From: Octopus sinensis
Lineage: Eukaryota
Assembly: GCF_006345805.1 (NCBI RefSeq)
Contig: NC_043009.1
Coordinates: forward strand, 62,620,001 to 62,684,000
Direction of reading: 5' to 3'
Length of the DNA stretch: 64,000 bases
In this document: in pieces, positions 1 through 11,030 of the stretch
How the letters are laid out: each line of letters begins with the position of its first letter
Numbering within the stretch: position 1 is the first letter of the stretch
The notes under the pieces: model-generated
Database searches by the model: none
Seen by the model: only the letters and a program-made list of their open reading frames with translations
What the model was told of the DNA's origin: nothing
Translations under genes and position numbers: made by a program

Positions 1-316
1 TCCATTGGTTATGACGATGGGGGTTCCAGTTGAAACAATCAATGGAACAGCCTGCTTGCGAAATTAATGTGACAGTGGCAGAATACTCCGCAGACATGTG
101 TACCCTTAACATAGTTCTTAGGGAGATTCAGCGTGTACAAAATGGGACAAGGCTGGCCCTTTGAAATATGAGTACTATTCGTTTTTGCTAGCTGAGTGGA
201 CTGGAGCAACATAAAATAAAATGTCTTGCTCAAGGATACAATGTGCCACCAAGAATCGAACTCATGACCTTACAATCCTGAGCCAAATGCTCTAACCATT
301 AAGCCATGTGCCTTCA
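1..316 (-). mobile_element. tRNA-derived SINE (group C, long-tail type), cut by the window edge
   Basis: Reverse complement has a tRNA-like head with B-box GTTCGATT, then CCTTGAGCAAGACA...GCTCCAGTCCACTCAGCT; same body and tail as 8785-9088 and 47505-47887. Confidence 0.85.
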
Positions 317-334
317 CAAGTAGAAGTAACAATA

Positions 335-1262
335 TTTGTGTGCTAATGGCTGCTGTGTCTTGATGAAGGAATTAATTGAATGTCCTTTGTCTTTTTTGGA
401 TCTCGGATGTTTCTAGTGACACCATCACAAATTATATAATATTTGTGCATTTTAAAATGTTAGCAATTGATTAATGTTGAATTCTTTTCTGACCTTGAAT
501 GTCCTAGTTTTTGTGATGAAGTTTTGGCAGTGCTATTCTACATGGGAGAGTTGTCACAAATATGAGCAATGAGGCCGAGCATTTATAAAGGCTTTGAGGC
601 TTTGATGCATGGTGAAGGTCCAGGTGAAATGAAGTTTCCTTTGATATATGTGTGTGATGAGAATATTCTGATACTGTTGATGGGAGTTTAAATTGTTATG
701 TCTCAATTGCAGAATACGTTTTTGAGGTCTCTCTGATCGTGGAAGCAGAGAGTTTGGTGTGACGTGTAACCATAAATGTGGCCGTATATTTTCTACACTG
801 GAATATTTGTGTTTAGAAATAGCAATAAATAAATATGCAGAAAGAAAAAATATAAGAGACAAGAGATATAACCAAGCTTCACAGTACACTGATATAGGTG
901 GTGTAGCTAAATCTTTTGGGGGGGCAATCTGTTGTAACAGTTTGATAGGTAATTGTAATTCTAAACAAAGAGCTGACAGACAGTGGAGCTACTTGCTGGA
1001 CAAGATAGGTCATGTTTAAAATCCTAGATGATGTTAAGAGCAATAAAACTATTTTCAAACCATTGGTGACAGATAATATCAAGTCTCTAGTAGATCTGAT
1101 GATAGAATATTGACAGAGATTCAACATAACAAAAGTGATGGTTGTTTTTCGGTTCCTGTTACCTTCTGAGATTTGGGAAGTGAAAGCAAGACAAGGAGAG
1201 AAAGATTGAAGAATAATGTGAAGATAGGAGGCAACTCTGATGTATAATTGCTTTTTGTTTTA
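335..1262 (-). pseudogene. Degenerate CR1/Jockey-like LINE reverse transcriptase remnant
   Basis: Frameshifted minus-strand peptides follow the RT order: ELPPIFTLFFNLSL, RSTRDLILSVTN, FIALNII*DF (cf. VALDISKAF), QKRILQLRHNNL, MLGL...STAKTSSQKLG, NQLLTF*NAQI (cf. QLLTLYKAQI). Many stops. Confidence 0.6.
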
Positions 1263-1329
1263 AGGCTACCAGAAGGAACATCAAGATAGGTCACTTAGTT
1301 TCTATAAAGTTTTTTCGGCTTATTCATAT

Positions 1330-1860
1330 GCTCAATTATTCTGTAATGTTATCCTAGGTAAACTAATGTCACACCCGAATGTTCAAGTTATATTCTGGGT
1401 TAACTAATGTCCTGTCCCACTGTTCTACAACATTCCACTTGGTTAACTTAATGACTTATAAAGCTCTTATTTTTATTTGTCCTATAGTATTTGTAACCCT
1501 ATGTTAACTCATTACATCTAAAGCTGTTCTATGATCCTTCACCAGAAGCCGCTCTGACAAAGGTGGACAGCGGAAAGATGATTACAATGGCAGTGCTCCA
1601 GCATGGCCACAGTCATTGGACTGAAACATATAAGAGAATATATCCAACAGGGCTATTAAACTGTCCTATATGTAATTAATGACAAGTATAACTGTTCTAT
1701 GTTAAGATAGGTTAACTAATATGTTCAACTGTTCTATTAAGTTAGCCTAGGTTAACCAATGAAATGTCCAACTGCCCTACTAAGTGTTACCCTAGACTAA
1801 CCAATTACATATTCAGCTGCTTTATAGTGTTATCCTAGGTTAACTAATGACCATGTTTCG
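1330..1860. repeat. Ancient diverged ~43-45 bp minisatellite, block 1
   Basis: About 9 imperfect units of approximate consensus AGTGTTACCCTAGGTTAACTAATG-n10-CAACTGTTCTAT, interrupted by a SINE-tail remnant near 1590-1640. Confidence 0.65.
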
Positions 1861-2708
1861 GTATCAATAGTCAGTACTCTCTCAGCAAATATGTTGCGAG
1901 TGAAAGAACCTGTTTAAACGAGAATATAAAAAAGGAGAAAGCAAAGTCTTCAGTGTGAGTATGTGGTTTGTGGGGTCGACTGCATCCTCCACTTCATTTT
2001 TTGTAAATTACTCATTCTCATTTAATTGTATATATTTTAATTGTTTGTTTATTCATAGGTTTCGTCTCATTCGATACCCTGACCCCAATGTTTGTTTTGT
2101 CTGTCCTCGTATCGTCCCCTCTTTTTCTCAACCTTATGGTAAATAAAGAAATTCTTTCTCTCTCTTTCTCTCTACTGTTACTCTGAAGAATCTAAGTTCC
2201 AGGTTTCAATTTAGATCTGATTTCCATATTGTTATTTCATTAGATGCTGACCTAAGTTTCGTCTGTATGACCATTAATATCCTTTCCTAAGTTTGTTATC
2301 CAGATTCCAACTTTCCGGAGATCTTTTACTTCTTTCAGCTAGATTTCTTCTCACGTAACGACGTCTGTTGAAGGCTGATTAAAGAGGGTCGAACTTTGTT
2401 TGGTTCCAGTGTAACCTAAATTTGAGTAGCTGTAATTTCCATTCTTAGCAACAGCGGTTGAAACAATGCAATATCGACTCCAAAATATGTATTTGTTATT
2501 TCTTTTGGTGTGAATCCGATAGTTTAGTTAGTTGCCGCAATTCTCATGGCATAATCTAACGCTATACTGAAATGGAAGGATACCAGAGTATCCTCTTAGA
2601 GCACTACTGCAATTTTTTCCATCAGGACGCAATAGTTGGGTCTTTGTGTCCTTATCGGGAATATTGGATGGCTGTTACAATTCCCTCTGAGAGAGAAGGC
2701 CACAAACA

Positions 2709-2882
2709 AAAGCCCTACAAAATCAATTGAACGCAATTTATACAAGATTACTACGAACACTCAACACAATATAGAAGAAGCATAAAACCAATGCCGAACT
2801 CTATGACAGTCTACTTCCAGTAACAGCCACACTGCAATAACAAAGGTTAAAGTTTACAGATCACAATTCGAAAAGCGAAAAG
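2709..2882 (+). pseudogene. RTE-clade LINE ORF C-terminal remnant
   Basis: KALQNQLNAIYTRLLRTLNTI*KKHKTNAELYDSLLPVTATLQ*QRLKFTDH matches the RTE YTRMLR...TN.ELY...RRL.FAGH region. Confidence 0.7.
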
Positions 2883-3099
2883 AAAAAAAAAAGAAGCAAA
2901 AACGAGGTAGTACACCATTCGTTGCTATGAAAGCCTATTCACAGCGAAATATCAAGTGAAAGGCCTCACTTTATGTACATCGACCATCTGGTACAAAATA
3001 CTAGGATAAAGTTGGGAAATCTGCCTTCTGCTAAGTACAAGAGGTCACTTGTACTTACAGGAGGAACAAGTGTCCGAGTTCACTTGTAAAAGTAACAAA

Positions 3100-3480
3100 T
3101 AGTATTTATTCTAGGTTAACAAATATGCCCAGCTGCTCTACAGTGTCAACCTAGGTTCTCTAGTGACATCTCAAATTGTTCTATAGTAGTCAATAAGCAA
3201 TCTGCGGTATGTAGGACTTTCTAAATGGCCCGCCAAACGAAAAATTACTCTGAATTTATTTAGTGCAGCTCGACTAATGATGAGCCATGCTAATGATGCA
3301 ACCTGCTTTACAAAGAAAGGTTGCCCGTACCTGTTCTTTTGTGTTACCCTAGGTTTACCTAATAACACGACCAAATATTTTATAGTGTTAACCAAGGTTA
3401 ACTAATGCTATATATAATACAACTGTTCTGCAGTGGTTAATCTAAGTGTAATTTAATGCTGCATCCATCTGTTCTCATTA
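3100..3480. repeat. Ancient diverged ~43-45 bp minisatellite, block 2
   Basis: About 5 further CTAGGTTAAC...CTGTTCT units, same motif as 1330-1860, split by a MITE. Confidence 0.6.
3191..3333 (+). mobile_element. hAT/Charlie-like short MITE (MITE-2), 5' end eroded
   Basis: Homologous to 11631-11779, 23905-24060, 29305-29449 and 42745-42850; ends GTTGCCCGTACCTG. Confidence 0.6.
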
Positions 3481-3879
3481 CACAAGAACGATCAAAACAT
3501 TTTAATATTAATGTCCATGTTTACAGGTATGACACCCACACATCTAAATAATCAAACACAGATCTCTTAACGTAAAATGTGACTTTCACATCCTCTCCTC
3601 TTCCCTCCTCCATTCAATCAAACTGCAGTGCTGGTATTATATAATACTATCGATCTGTGAACCAGTTTCTGTCTACAGCTGCCAATTCACATATTAGCTT
3701 GAAAGACAGGTTTCTAGCACACGACGTGCCATTTTGATGTCTTTTACAGGCAACTTCCAAGGGGGGAAAAAAAAGAACTAATTGATGATCATGCTTAATA
3801 GAACGGAAGTATATTTTATAAATGCATTTTTGTTTTTAGTTTAAATGATCACTTCTGCATATACTAATTGGAAATGGTA

Positions 3880-3992
3880 TTTATATATGTACATAGTATT
3901 ATGCGTGCATGCCCGCATACACGCAATATATGTACATTCATATATATATACACACATTTAATGTGTGTGTTGGTAACGGTGTTTTTATGTGC

Positions 3993-4027
<35 letters not shown>

Positions 4028-4585
4028 ATATACTGCTACATGGTGTAAATGTGTATGTATATATATATATATTATATATATACACACACACATTTACAGC
4101 ATGTAGCAGTGTTTGACAGCCGAAGTTCTACTGTATGTGTGTGTATCCAAGTAATGTCTATAGTATATATATGTTTATATACATAGATGTGCTTGCGGAT
4201 ATATGTATGGATATAAATTAAAATGTTCGAGAATGTTCTAGGATGATATGAATGTATGCTGAGTACGAGTGCACGCGCGCACGTGTGTGTGTGTGTGCAT
4301 GTGTGCGTGTGTGTGTGTGTGCATGCGTGTGTGTGTGTGTATGTACGAGTGTATGCATATGTGTCAAACATCGACAATGTGAAAGCTTGGCTACAAGAGA
4401 TTTACGGTAAATATTGGCGGAATAGAGAGAGAGAAGAGGGAGGAGGGATAAGAGACGGAGAGAGGGAAATGACAAAGAGAAGTGAAATGGGGAGGAGACA
4501 AAGAGAAGCGAAAGAGTAAGAGAGAAACAGACAGAGAGGGGGTGAAGAGATGCGAAAGGTAGAGGAGAAAGAAGGAGGGAAAAGA
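3880..4585. repeat. Compound (TA)n/(TG)n microsatellites followed by a GA-rich tract
   Basis: Seen directly; explains the overlapping YI/VC/HT-rich ORFs. Confidence 0.9.
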
Positions 4586-5829
4586 GCGATATAATTGTGT
4601 AAGAGGTCATGTGATGGTGTATTGAGCAGGTTACACCGGAAGTTGTGGTTCATCTCTCTGTGGAGAGAATGGCGCCATGCATCCAGCTTCACTTTAGGAA
4701 ATATTCCATGTTTAAACAATGTCATTGTTTAATAGACACTCACAAAAATAATATGGCATTTACAATGAGATCCAGGTAAATTCTACCTGGACTAACATTA
4801 GACATCTCTCATAGCAGAAATAACTACATTGTCGTTTAGATATAACTTGGTTATCAGAGGATGATTTTGCTTCACCTCTCTCATCTCCATCAATGAAAGA
4901 TGACTGCCACTGTCTATTTCTTTCTCTACAGCCTCTCTCTCTCTCTTAACGGGTGTCTGCTTTCTTTCTTGATTTCTTGTAGTCACAAATCTGACGACTT
5001 TGATCCATTCCATAACGATTTGCAATCACTAAAAGAAAGTACCTCCTTAGAAACTAACTTTATAGGACTTCGCTATTCAGAACGATGAAGCAATAAAAAA
5101 GTAACGCGTTTGTTTATCTGAGGAAGTCAGATAAAGAAACAATAGCAAGAAACTTTACAATGCCTCACGAATTCTAATGTCAAATGTACTGTATAATAAT
5201 TAATGAGTGACCTAACTCGAGAGCCAGTAAAAACACAGTTGTATCTACAAGTATCTGAATCAATAAGTTTAATAAAATCCATTTTAACAGTATTGTATAG
5301 TTTGTGAATGTTTTAGTTCCCCCCCCCCCCTCCAATATCCAGTAACTGAAATAAAGAGCGCAAATCTTAGCGACTGAAATATTTTTGTAGGTGTGTGTGT
5401 GTGTGTGTGCGCGCGCGCATGTATATGTATGTATTAAAAAAACCAATAAACGGAAAATTTTGCAAAAACATAACAAACAGAAAATTCGTAGCTAATTCCT
5501 CATCAGTCAACGTCTAAAGGATCCTTACAATTTCGGGCCTTTAACGCTGATATTATTCACGTTCGGTAGCGCCGGTGAAAAAAAGCTACTGGGAATAGCT
5601 AATGAACATAGAGGACAATGACAAAAACAAACACAACAAAATAGAATATACAAACAAAAAAAGCTGTGCAGCTGCAAGACAGATATGCGGTAATGCAAAG
5701 GAAAAATGAAAATACCCTATTGGACTAGAGACGAGAGAAGGGCGGATAGAAAGTCAGAATGAAGGAGGAAATAAAGTATTGGGAATGGAAAGAGGTGTGT
5801 CTGTGTGCACATGTATGTATATATATAAA

Positions 5830-6030
5830 GTTAATCCAAACAAGAAAACACAAAAAAACACAACAACGCGAGGATGTTGAACAAATATAGTATTATTGGA
5901 TGCTCGAGAAGGAGGAGGGTTTTACGTTTCGAGCGGAGCTCTTCGTCAGAAACATAGGAAAAGGAAAGATCCAGAGAAGAGAAGACAGAGGAAAAAAAAT
6001 CGCCAACAGTACACATGCAGTCACATTTTG
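5830..6030 (-). mobile_element. Penelope-like terminal repeat / retrozyme-like non-coding element carrying a hammerhead
   Basis: Contains the hammerhead at 5919-5953; architecture shared with 58385-58545. Boundaries approximate. Confidence 0.55.
5919..5953 (-). ncRNA. Minimal type I hammerhead ribozyme motif
   Basis: Minus strand: GTTT-CTGACGA-A-GAGC-tcc-GCTC-GAAA-CGTA-AAAC. Stem I 4 bp, stem II 4 bp, palindromic ACGU stem III, GUA cleavage triplet, one extra A after A9. Confidence 0.7.
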
Positions 6031-6052
6031 AATGTGTATATATACACGTGTT

Positions 6053-6471
6053 GGTGCTACTTTGGTATGTGATCTATGTGTCATGAAACTGCTTTGGTAT
6101 GTGATCTACAAGAAAAAAAGTTATACTGATCAAGAACAAATTTTAATAATAAATGTATTAATGATGAAATTAGAAAACTTGTTTCAAATTTGCTTTGTTC
6201 TAATTTCTTTTTATAAAAATTTCAATTATCTATTTTTTACTTATGTAGCTGATGTTTGATTGATTTACTCATTTGTTCGATTCGCCCATAAAATTAGTAA
6301 ACTTCTTTCAAATCTGCTTCATTTTAATTTTCTTCAAATAAATGTATAAAAATGTAAGAATGTTTTATTTAAGCCATTATAAATAAATGGAACATGTAAA
6401 TCGCATACTAAAGTAGAATTTGACTCTTGTAGTTCATGTTGGCTACATAGATCACATACCAAAGTAGCACC
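6053..6471. mobile_element. Merlin-like MITE (27-bp perfect TIRs, 8-bp TSD)
   Basis: TIR GGTGCTACTTTGGTATGTGATCTATGT at 6053-6079 and inverted at 6445-6471; flanks CACGTGTT / CACGTGTG (7/8); GGNRM-type termini. Confidence 0.75.
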
Positions 6472-6681
6472 CACGTGTGTATGAATATGTGAAGGGATGC
6501 TATTAAGTTAAACATGGACTAAATTTATCTAAGTTTTACATATCTATCTCTATCTTCATATATATATATATATATGATAGATAGATAGATATATGTATAT
6601 AATCAAAATGAGCAACAGGATATCAAGTAGTAATGCAATACAACTTGTGCTTCCAGTAGAAAGGATTATTATTATAATTAT

Positions 6682-6935
6682 TAAGGCGGTGACCTAGCAG
6701 AATCATTAGTATGTTGGATGAAATGCTTAGCAGTATTTTACCTGTTGTTACATTCTGAGTTCAAATTCCACCGAGGTCAACTTTGCCTTTCATCCTTTCA
6801 GGATCGATAAATTAAGGACCAATCAAGTACTTAATTTATCTAAATTAAAAACCAGTTACACACTGGGGTCAATTTGATCGGCTAGCCCCATCCCCTCAAA
6901 ATTTCAGGCCCGATGCCTTTAGTAAAAAGGATCAT
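6682..6935 (+). mobile_element. SINE group B, old copy
   Basis: AAGGCGGTGACCTAGCAGAATC...TTCTGAGTTCAAATTCCACCGAGGTCAACTTTGCCTTTCATCC...; homologous to 57052-57281. Confidence 0.8.
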
Positions 6936-7130
6936 TATTGTTGCTGTTAATTATACCATTTTCCAACATAATTATTATTTTTGAACTCATTATTTGTTTA
7001 CCTCATTATATAAGCCACACAAAGTACGTACTCTTCACACAATGCAAAGCTGCACGACTTATTACTATTCTGATGAAGTACCACTCCAACATATTCATTT
7101 ACACACATTGCATTACTTTGCACACAAGAT

Positions 7131-7625
7131 AGGCGTAGGTGTGGCTGTGTGGTAAGTAGCTTGCTTACCAACCACATGGTTCCGTGTTCAGTCCCACTAC
7201 GTGGCACCTTGGGCAAGTGTCTTCTACTATAGCCTCGGGCCGACCAAAGCCTTGTGAGTGGATTTTGTAAACGGAAACTGAAAGAAGCCCGTCGTATATA
7301 TATGTGTGTGTGTTTGTGTATATATATATGTCCTTACCTTCGAAATGCGGAGTAGATGAAACAGGGACAACTGAAGAAGGGGAATATTCTTTGTGTTGTA
7401 TGTCTCGTTTCTCTGTCTTTTTTCATGGTTTGAAAATAAGTTCGTTTCTATGTTTTTGTTTTTGTATTTTCGTTTCTCATTGGGTTCAACATTTATACAT
7501 ATATACATGTAGGTATGTACATATATGTATGTATATGTGCATATATTTATATATTTTATATGTGTGTGTGTGTGTGTTTGTGTGTCTGTGTTTGTCCCCC
7601 CCAACATCGCTTGACAACCGATACT
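7131..7625 (+). mobile_element. CORE-type tRNA SINE (group A), interrupted by an insertion and microsatellite
   Basis: GTGGCTGTGTGGTAAGTAGCTTGC...CCTTGGGCAAGTGTC (CORE-like)...GGAAACTGAAAGAAGCCCG; body resumes at about 7560. Confidence 0.9.
7330..7495. mobile_element. Unclassified short repeat inserted in the SINE microsatellite (possibly Penelope-related)
   Basis: Non-SINE sequence inside the SINE (TA)n(TG)n tract; contains CTTCGAAA and CTGAAGAAGGGG motifs and a T-rich tail. Confidence 0.35.
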
Positions 7626-7725
7626 TTCCCATTTGAGTCAACACAGAATTACAAAAAGTATTTATGGAATTTTGATGTACTGTCGGGTGACTTTTGGCCA
7701 ACCCTGTATGTATATATACACACAC

Positions 7726-7756
<31 letters not shown>

Positions 7757-8784
7757 AATGGAACAAAAACACAATAGAGGACATTAAAACATTCAGACAG
7801 ATAGATGATACAAAGGACAAGAGAAACAACAATTAGAAGGACAGACAAAAGGAGACTGGTCATTCGTGGTTTTCTTTCCTCAGCTAAGTTCCAGAAGTCA
7901 CGACCATTTCGGACACACACACACACATACACAGACAGACACACACACACACGTTCACACACACATATCTCTCCTTTGTTTGCACTCTCTCTCTCTCCCC
8001 ATACATGTGTAAGTGTGTGTGGATCAGAGGAAAGAGAGAGGTACCTGGTGGCACAGAAAAGGGTGATCAGTGGAAAAATAAAGTAAGATATTGAGAAAGA
8101 GGGATGGATGTCAAAAGGAAGTGGTTCCAAAGAGAGGAATCACTTGTAGCATAAAGGGAAAATGAAATGTATTTCTGCTCTCATATGAATACAGCAGTTG
8201 AATAGTGCTGTAGATAGTTGAGTGATGGTAGGATGAGCATTAGAAAGACGTAGGCTTGACAGGGACAGGGACCAATTTGTGTGCACAGACATAAATATAA
8301 TGCTTTTAGGACCTTACTTTCTCTGTGATGAATGGGTCTTCTTAAGCTCAGCAAATTGCTTTTTCTGTGAGGCCCAACATCCAGAGGTTGTTCGTCACTA
8401 CTTTGTCCCATAATCTTCCTGGGCCTCCTTCTTCCACAAGTTCCATCCATTTTAAGCAATCGGCACTTCTTTATGTTGCTGTCCTCATCTGTATGCATTA
8501 GATGACCACATCATCATAGTCTTTCCCCTGCACATATTCCTGATTCCCATCAAGTCCAATTGTTAAATTTCCTCAACTCATTTGCACTTTGACATTCATG
8601 CAGACTGGTGTTGCAAATCCAAAGGAGTATGCTAATTTCATTCCTTTCTAGTCTTTGCATGTCTCTGCACTCAGGACCCATGTCACACCATCATGTAACA
8701 TTGCTCTTTGCATACAAGCATCATACAGTCTACCTTTCACTTCGAGAAGGAAACCTTTTGTTGCCAACAGAGTTAATAGTGGCT

Positions 8785-9088
8785 TAGTGATTTGGGTATT
8801 CAGCTTACAGTCATAAAGTCATCAGTTCAATTTCTGACATGTGTCCTTGAGCAAGACACTTTATTTCACATTGCTCCAGTTCACTCAGCTGGCAAAATGA
8901 GTAGCACCTTCATTTCAAAGGGCCAGCTTTGTCACACTCTGTGTCATGCTGAATCTCCATGAAAACTATATTAAGGGTACACGTGTTTGTGCAGTGTTCA
9001 GCCACTTGCATGTGTTAATTTCACAAAGGGACTGTTTCCAATGATCGGATCAGCTTGAGCCCTCATCATCGTAACAAACAGAGTACCA
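8785..9088 (+). mobile_element. SINE group C nested in RTE
   Basis: TGGCTTAGTG...CCTTGAGCAAGACACTTTATTTCAC...AAGGGTACACGTGT; homologous to 1-316 and 47505-47887. Confidence 0.85.
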
Positions 9089-9466
9089 TATAACTTTCTC
9101 CAGCCTATTCTTATTTTAACACCTATACTTTCAGAACATCCTCTTCCACTGCTAATTAGATCACCTAGGTAACAGAAACTATCTACTACTTCTAGGAAGC
9201 ATTCGAGAAAATCTATTTCCCAGAGTGTGTATCGCTTCTATGCATCTTCCAAATACAAAGAGACTACTTTCTCTGTTAAATTTCCTAGGGTTCCACTGTA
9301 ACACTTGTGTGAAATTCCAGCCAATACCTTTCCTAAATACAAAACAAAGTTATTTTCCTGAAAGGAATAAATTCGCGTCAGTTTTCTAGTCTTTTGTTTA
9401 ATTAACTTTAAGGCCCTTTGCTTCCAGGTTTTGCTTCTACACATGGAATTTCTTTTCTAATTCTAC

Positions 9467-9835
9467 AGTAGCTTGCTTACCAACCATATGGTTTCGTGTT
9501 CAATCCCACTGCGTGGCACCTTGGGCAAGTGTCTTCTACTATAGCCTCGGGCCGACCAAAGCCTTGTGAGTGGATTTGGCAGACGGAAACTGAAAGAAGC
9601 CTGTTGTATATATGTATATATATGCATGTATGTGTGTGTGTGTATATGTTTGTGTGTCTCTGTTTGTCCTCCCAACATCGCTTGACAACCAATGCTGGTG
9701 TGTTTACGTCCCCCGTAACTTAGCGGTTCGGCAAAAGAGACCGATAGAATAAGTTCTAGGCTTACAAAGAATAAGTCCTGGGGTCGATTTGCTCCAGCAT
9801 GGCCGCAGTCAAATGACTGAAACAAGTAAAAGAGC
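9467..9835 (+). mobile_element. SINE group A, near full length, nested in RTE
   Basis: Head to tail ...GGCCGCAGTCAAATGACTGAAACAAGTAAAAGAG. Confidence 0.9.
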
Positions 9836-10146
9836 AGATTCAGCTATAAGAATGAAGTCATCAGCATGAAGAAGCCTCAACAGACAATCGATCTTAAACT
9901 CCGGTGTTATAACTTAGGGGAGGGGATTATTGTGGATGTGACCAAAGAACCAAGCCTTGGTGAACTTCTACCTGCACACTGCTGCAGTCATTTGTGTACT
10001 TGTTGCTAACCCTCACAAGCCATTTGCCTACCTCTAGCTTCCACTAGACCCACTTGATGAGAATAAGAGATCCTGGTGAAGGCTTTCTTCAGATTGACAA
10101 ATGCCAAGTACAGTGGTTTCATTTTAAGCTTTTTTTTTTTGCAGTT

Positions 10147-10302
10147 TCTGTTGTGTCTGGGGAGAGTCATTTTCTTTTTGTGCCTTATAATCTAACACAC
10201 TCACCGGTAAAATTTCCACTTTTTCCTTATTTTTATTTTCCTAAAATTTTCGTTGCATCTTGCAACCTTTTTAATAGTTTTGACTTTGTCCATTATTTAC
10301 AC
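10147..10302. mobile_element. Short repeat X inserted in RTE with a 10-bp TSD
   Basis: TTTTGCAGTT at 10137-10146 and 10303-10312; about 130 bp is a near-identical inverted copy of 10880-11011. Confidence 0.7.
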
Positions 10303-10567
10303 TTTTGCAGTTGCCTTACTGGTAAGAGAGCATCACTTGTACTTCTCACCACCACAAAACCAAACCGCATCTGATTTAGGCTAATTTTCCTCCTAATTAA
10401 CTTAGCTTATAACTCCTTCCGTAATTCTTATGACCCGGTCTAGCAATTCGATGCCTCTGTAATTGCTTCTCTTAGGCATTTCATTTACCCTTGTAACAGT
10501 TGACGATGTTGCTACTCGCTAGTCATTTTGTAATATACCTTCCTGTACAAACTGATGAACTATCAAG

Positions 10568-10795
10568 GTGTGTGTGTGTGTCTGTGTTATGTTTGTCCTC
10601 CAGCCACCGCTTGATGACTGGCGTTGATTTGTTTACGTTCCTAGTAATTTAGCAGTTTGGCAACAACAACAAAAAAACGATAGAATAAGTACCAATCTTG
10701 AAAAAAAAAAGTAATGGGGATCGATTTGTTTGACTAAAGGCCTTGCAGGTGGTTGCTCCTGCATGGACACAATCCAATGAGTGAAACAAAAGGGC
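10568..10795 (+). mobile_element. SINE group A 3' half
   Basis: TGTTTGTCC...GATAGAATAAGTAC...GGGATCGATTTGTTTGACTAAAGG...GTGAAACAAAAG. Confidence 0.75.
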
Positions 10796-10861
10796 AGAAG
10801 ATATATATATATATATATATATTTCGTTTTGGGATTTGGTTTGCAAGATTCTTTATATGAG

Positions 10862-11011
10862 TTCGTGTGTTGAAGCATACTATTGAAAAGGTTGCAAGAC
10901 GCAACGAAAATTTTAGGAAAATAAAAATAAGGAAAAAAAGTGGAAATTTTACCGGTGAGTGTGTTAAATTATAAGGCACAAAAAGAAAATTACTCTCCCC
11001 AGACACAACAG
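10862..11011. mobile_element. Short repeat X, second copy, inverted relative to the first
   Basis: Ends CTCTCCCCAGACACAACAG|TA; reverse complement of 10148-10279. Confidence 0.7.
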
Positions 11012-11030
11012 TATATATATATACATACTC

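Larger units (their letters stand above)
8190..10565 (-). mobile_element. Degenerate RTE LINE (RT to C-terminus) with nested insertions
   Basis: Collinear minus-strand peptides: SSNIVNCYKGK, VRQLQK, KPLYLAFVNLKKAF, EVHQG, LLHADDFILIA, NLEAKGLKVN, LLATKG..VKGRLYDAC, DEDSNIKKCR..GTCGRRRPRK. Split by insertions at 8785-9088, 9467-9835 and 10147-10302. Confidence 0.85.

Noticed and set aside
330-800. Penelope GIY-YIG endonuclease remnant
   Set aside because: Initial resemblance was weaker than the collinear CR1/Jockey RT C-terminal match.
1330-3480. CRISPR-like repeat/spacer pattern
   Set aside because: The variable parts are only ~10 nt and mutually alignable; it is a decayed minisatellite.
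4630-4685. Promoter from CCGGAAGT (ETS) and ATGGCG (YY1-like) motifs; similar motifs at 18000-18095
   Set aside because: Short motifs alone, with no CpG island or downstream exon.
7486-8130. 214-aa ORF
   Set aside because: Runs through microsatellites and a SINE; VC/YI repeats.
10148-11011. One DNA transposon with 130-bp TIRs
   Set aside because: The left copy has its own TSD and the RTE continues on both sides of it.
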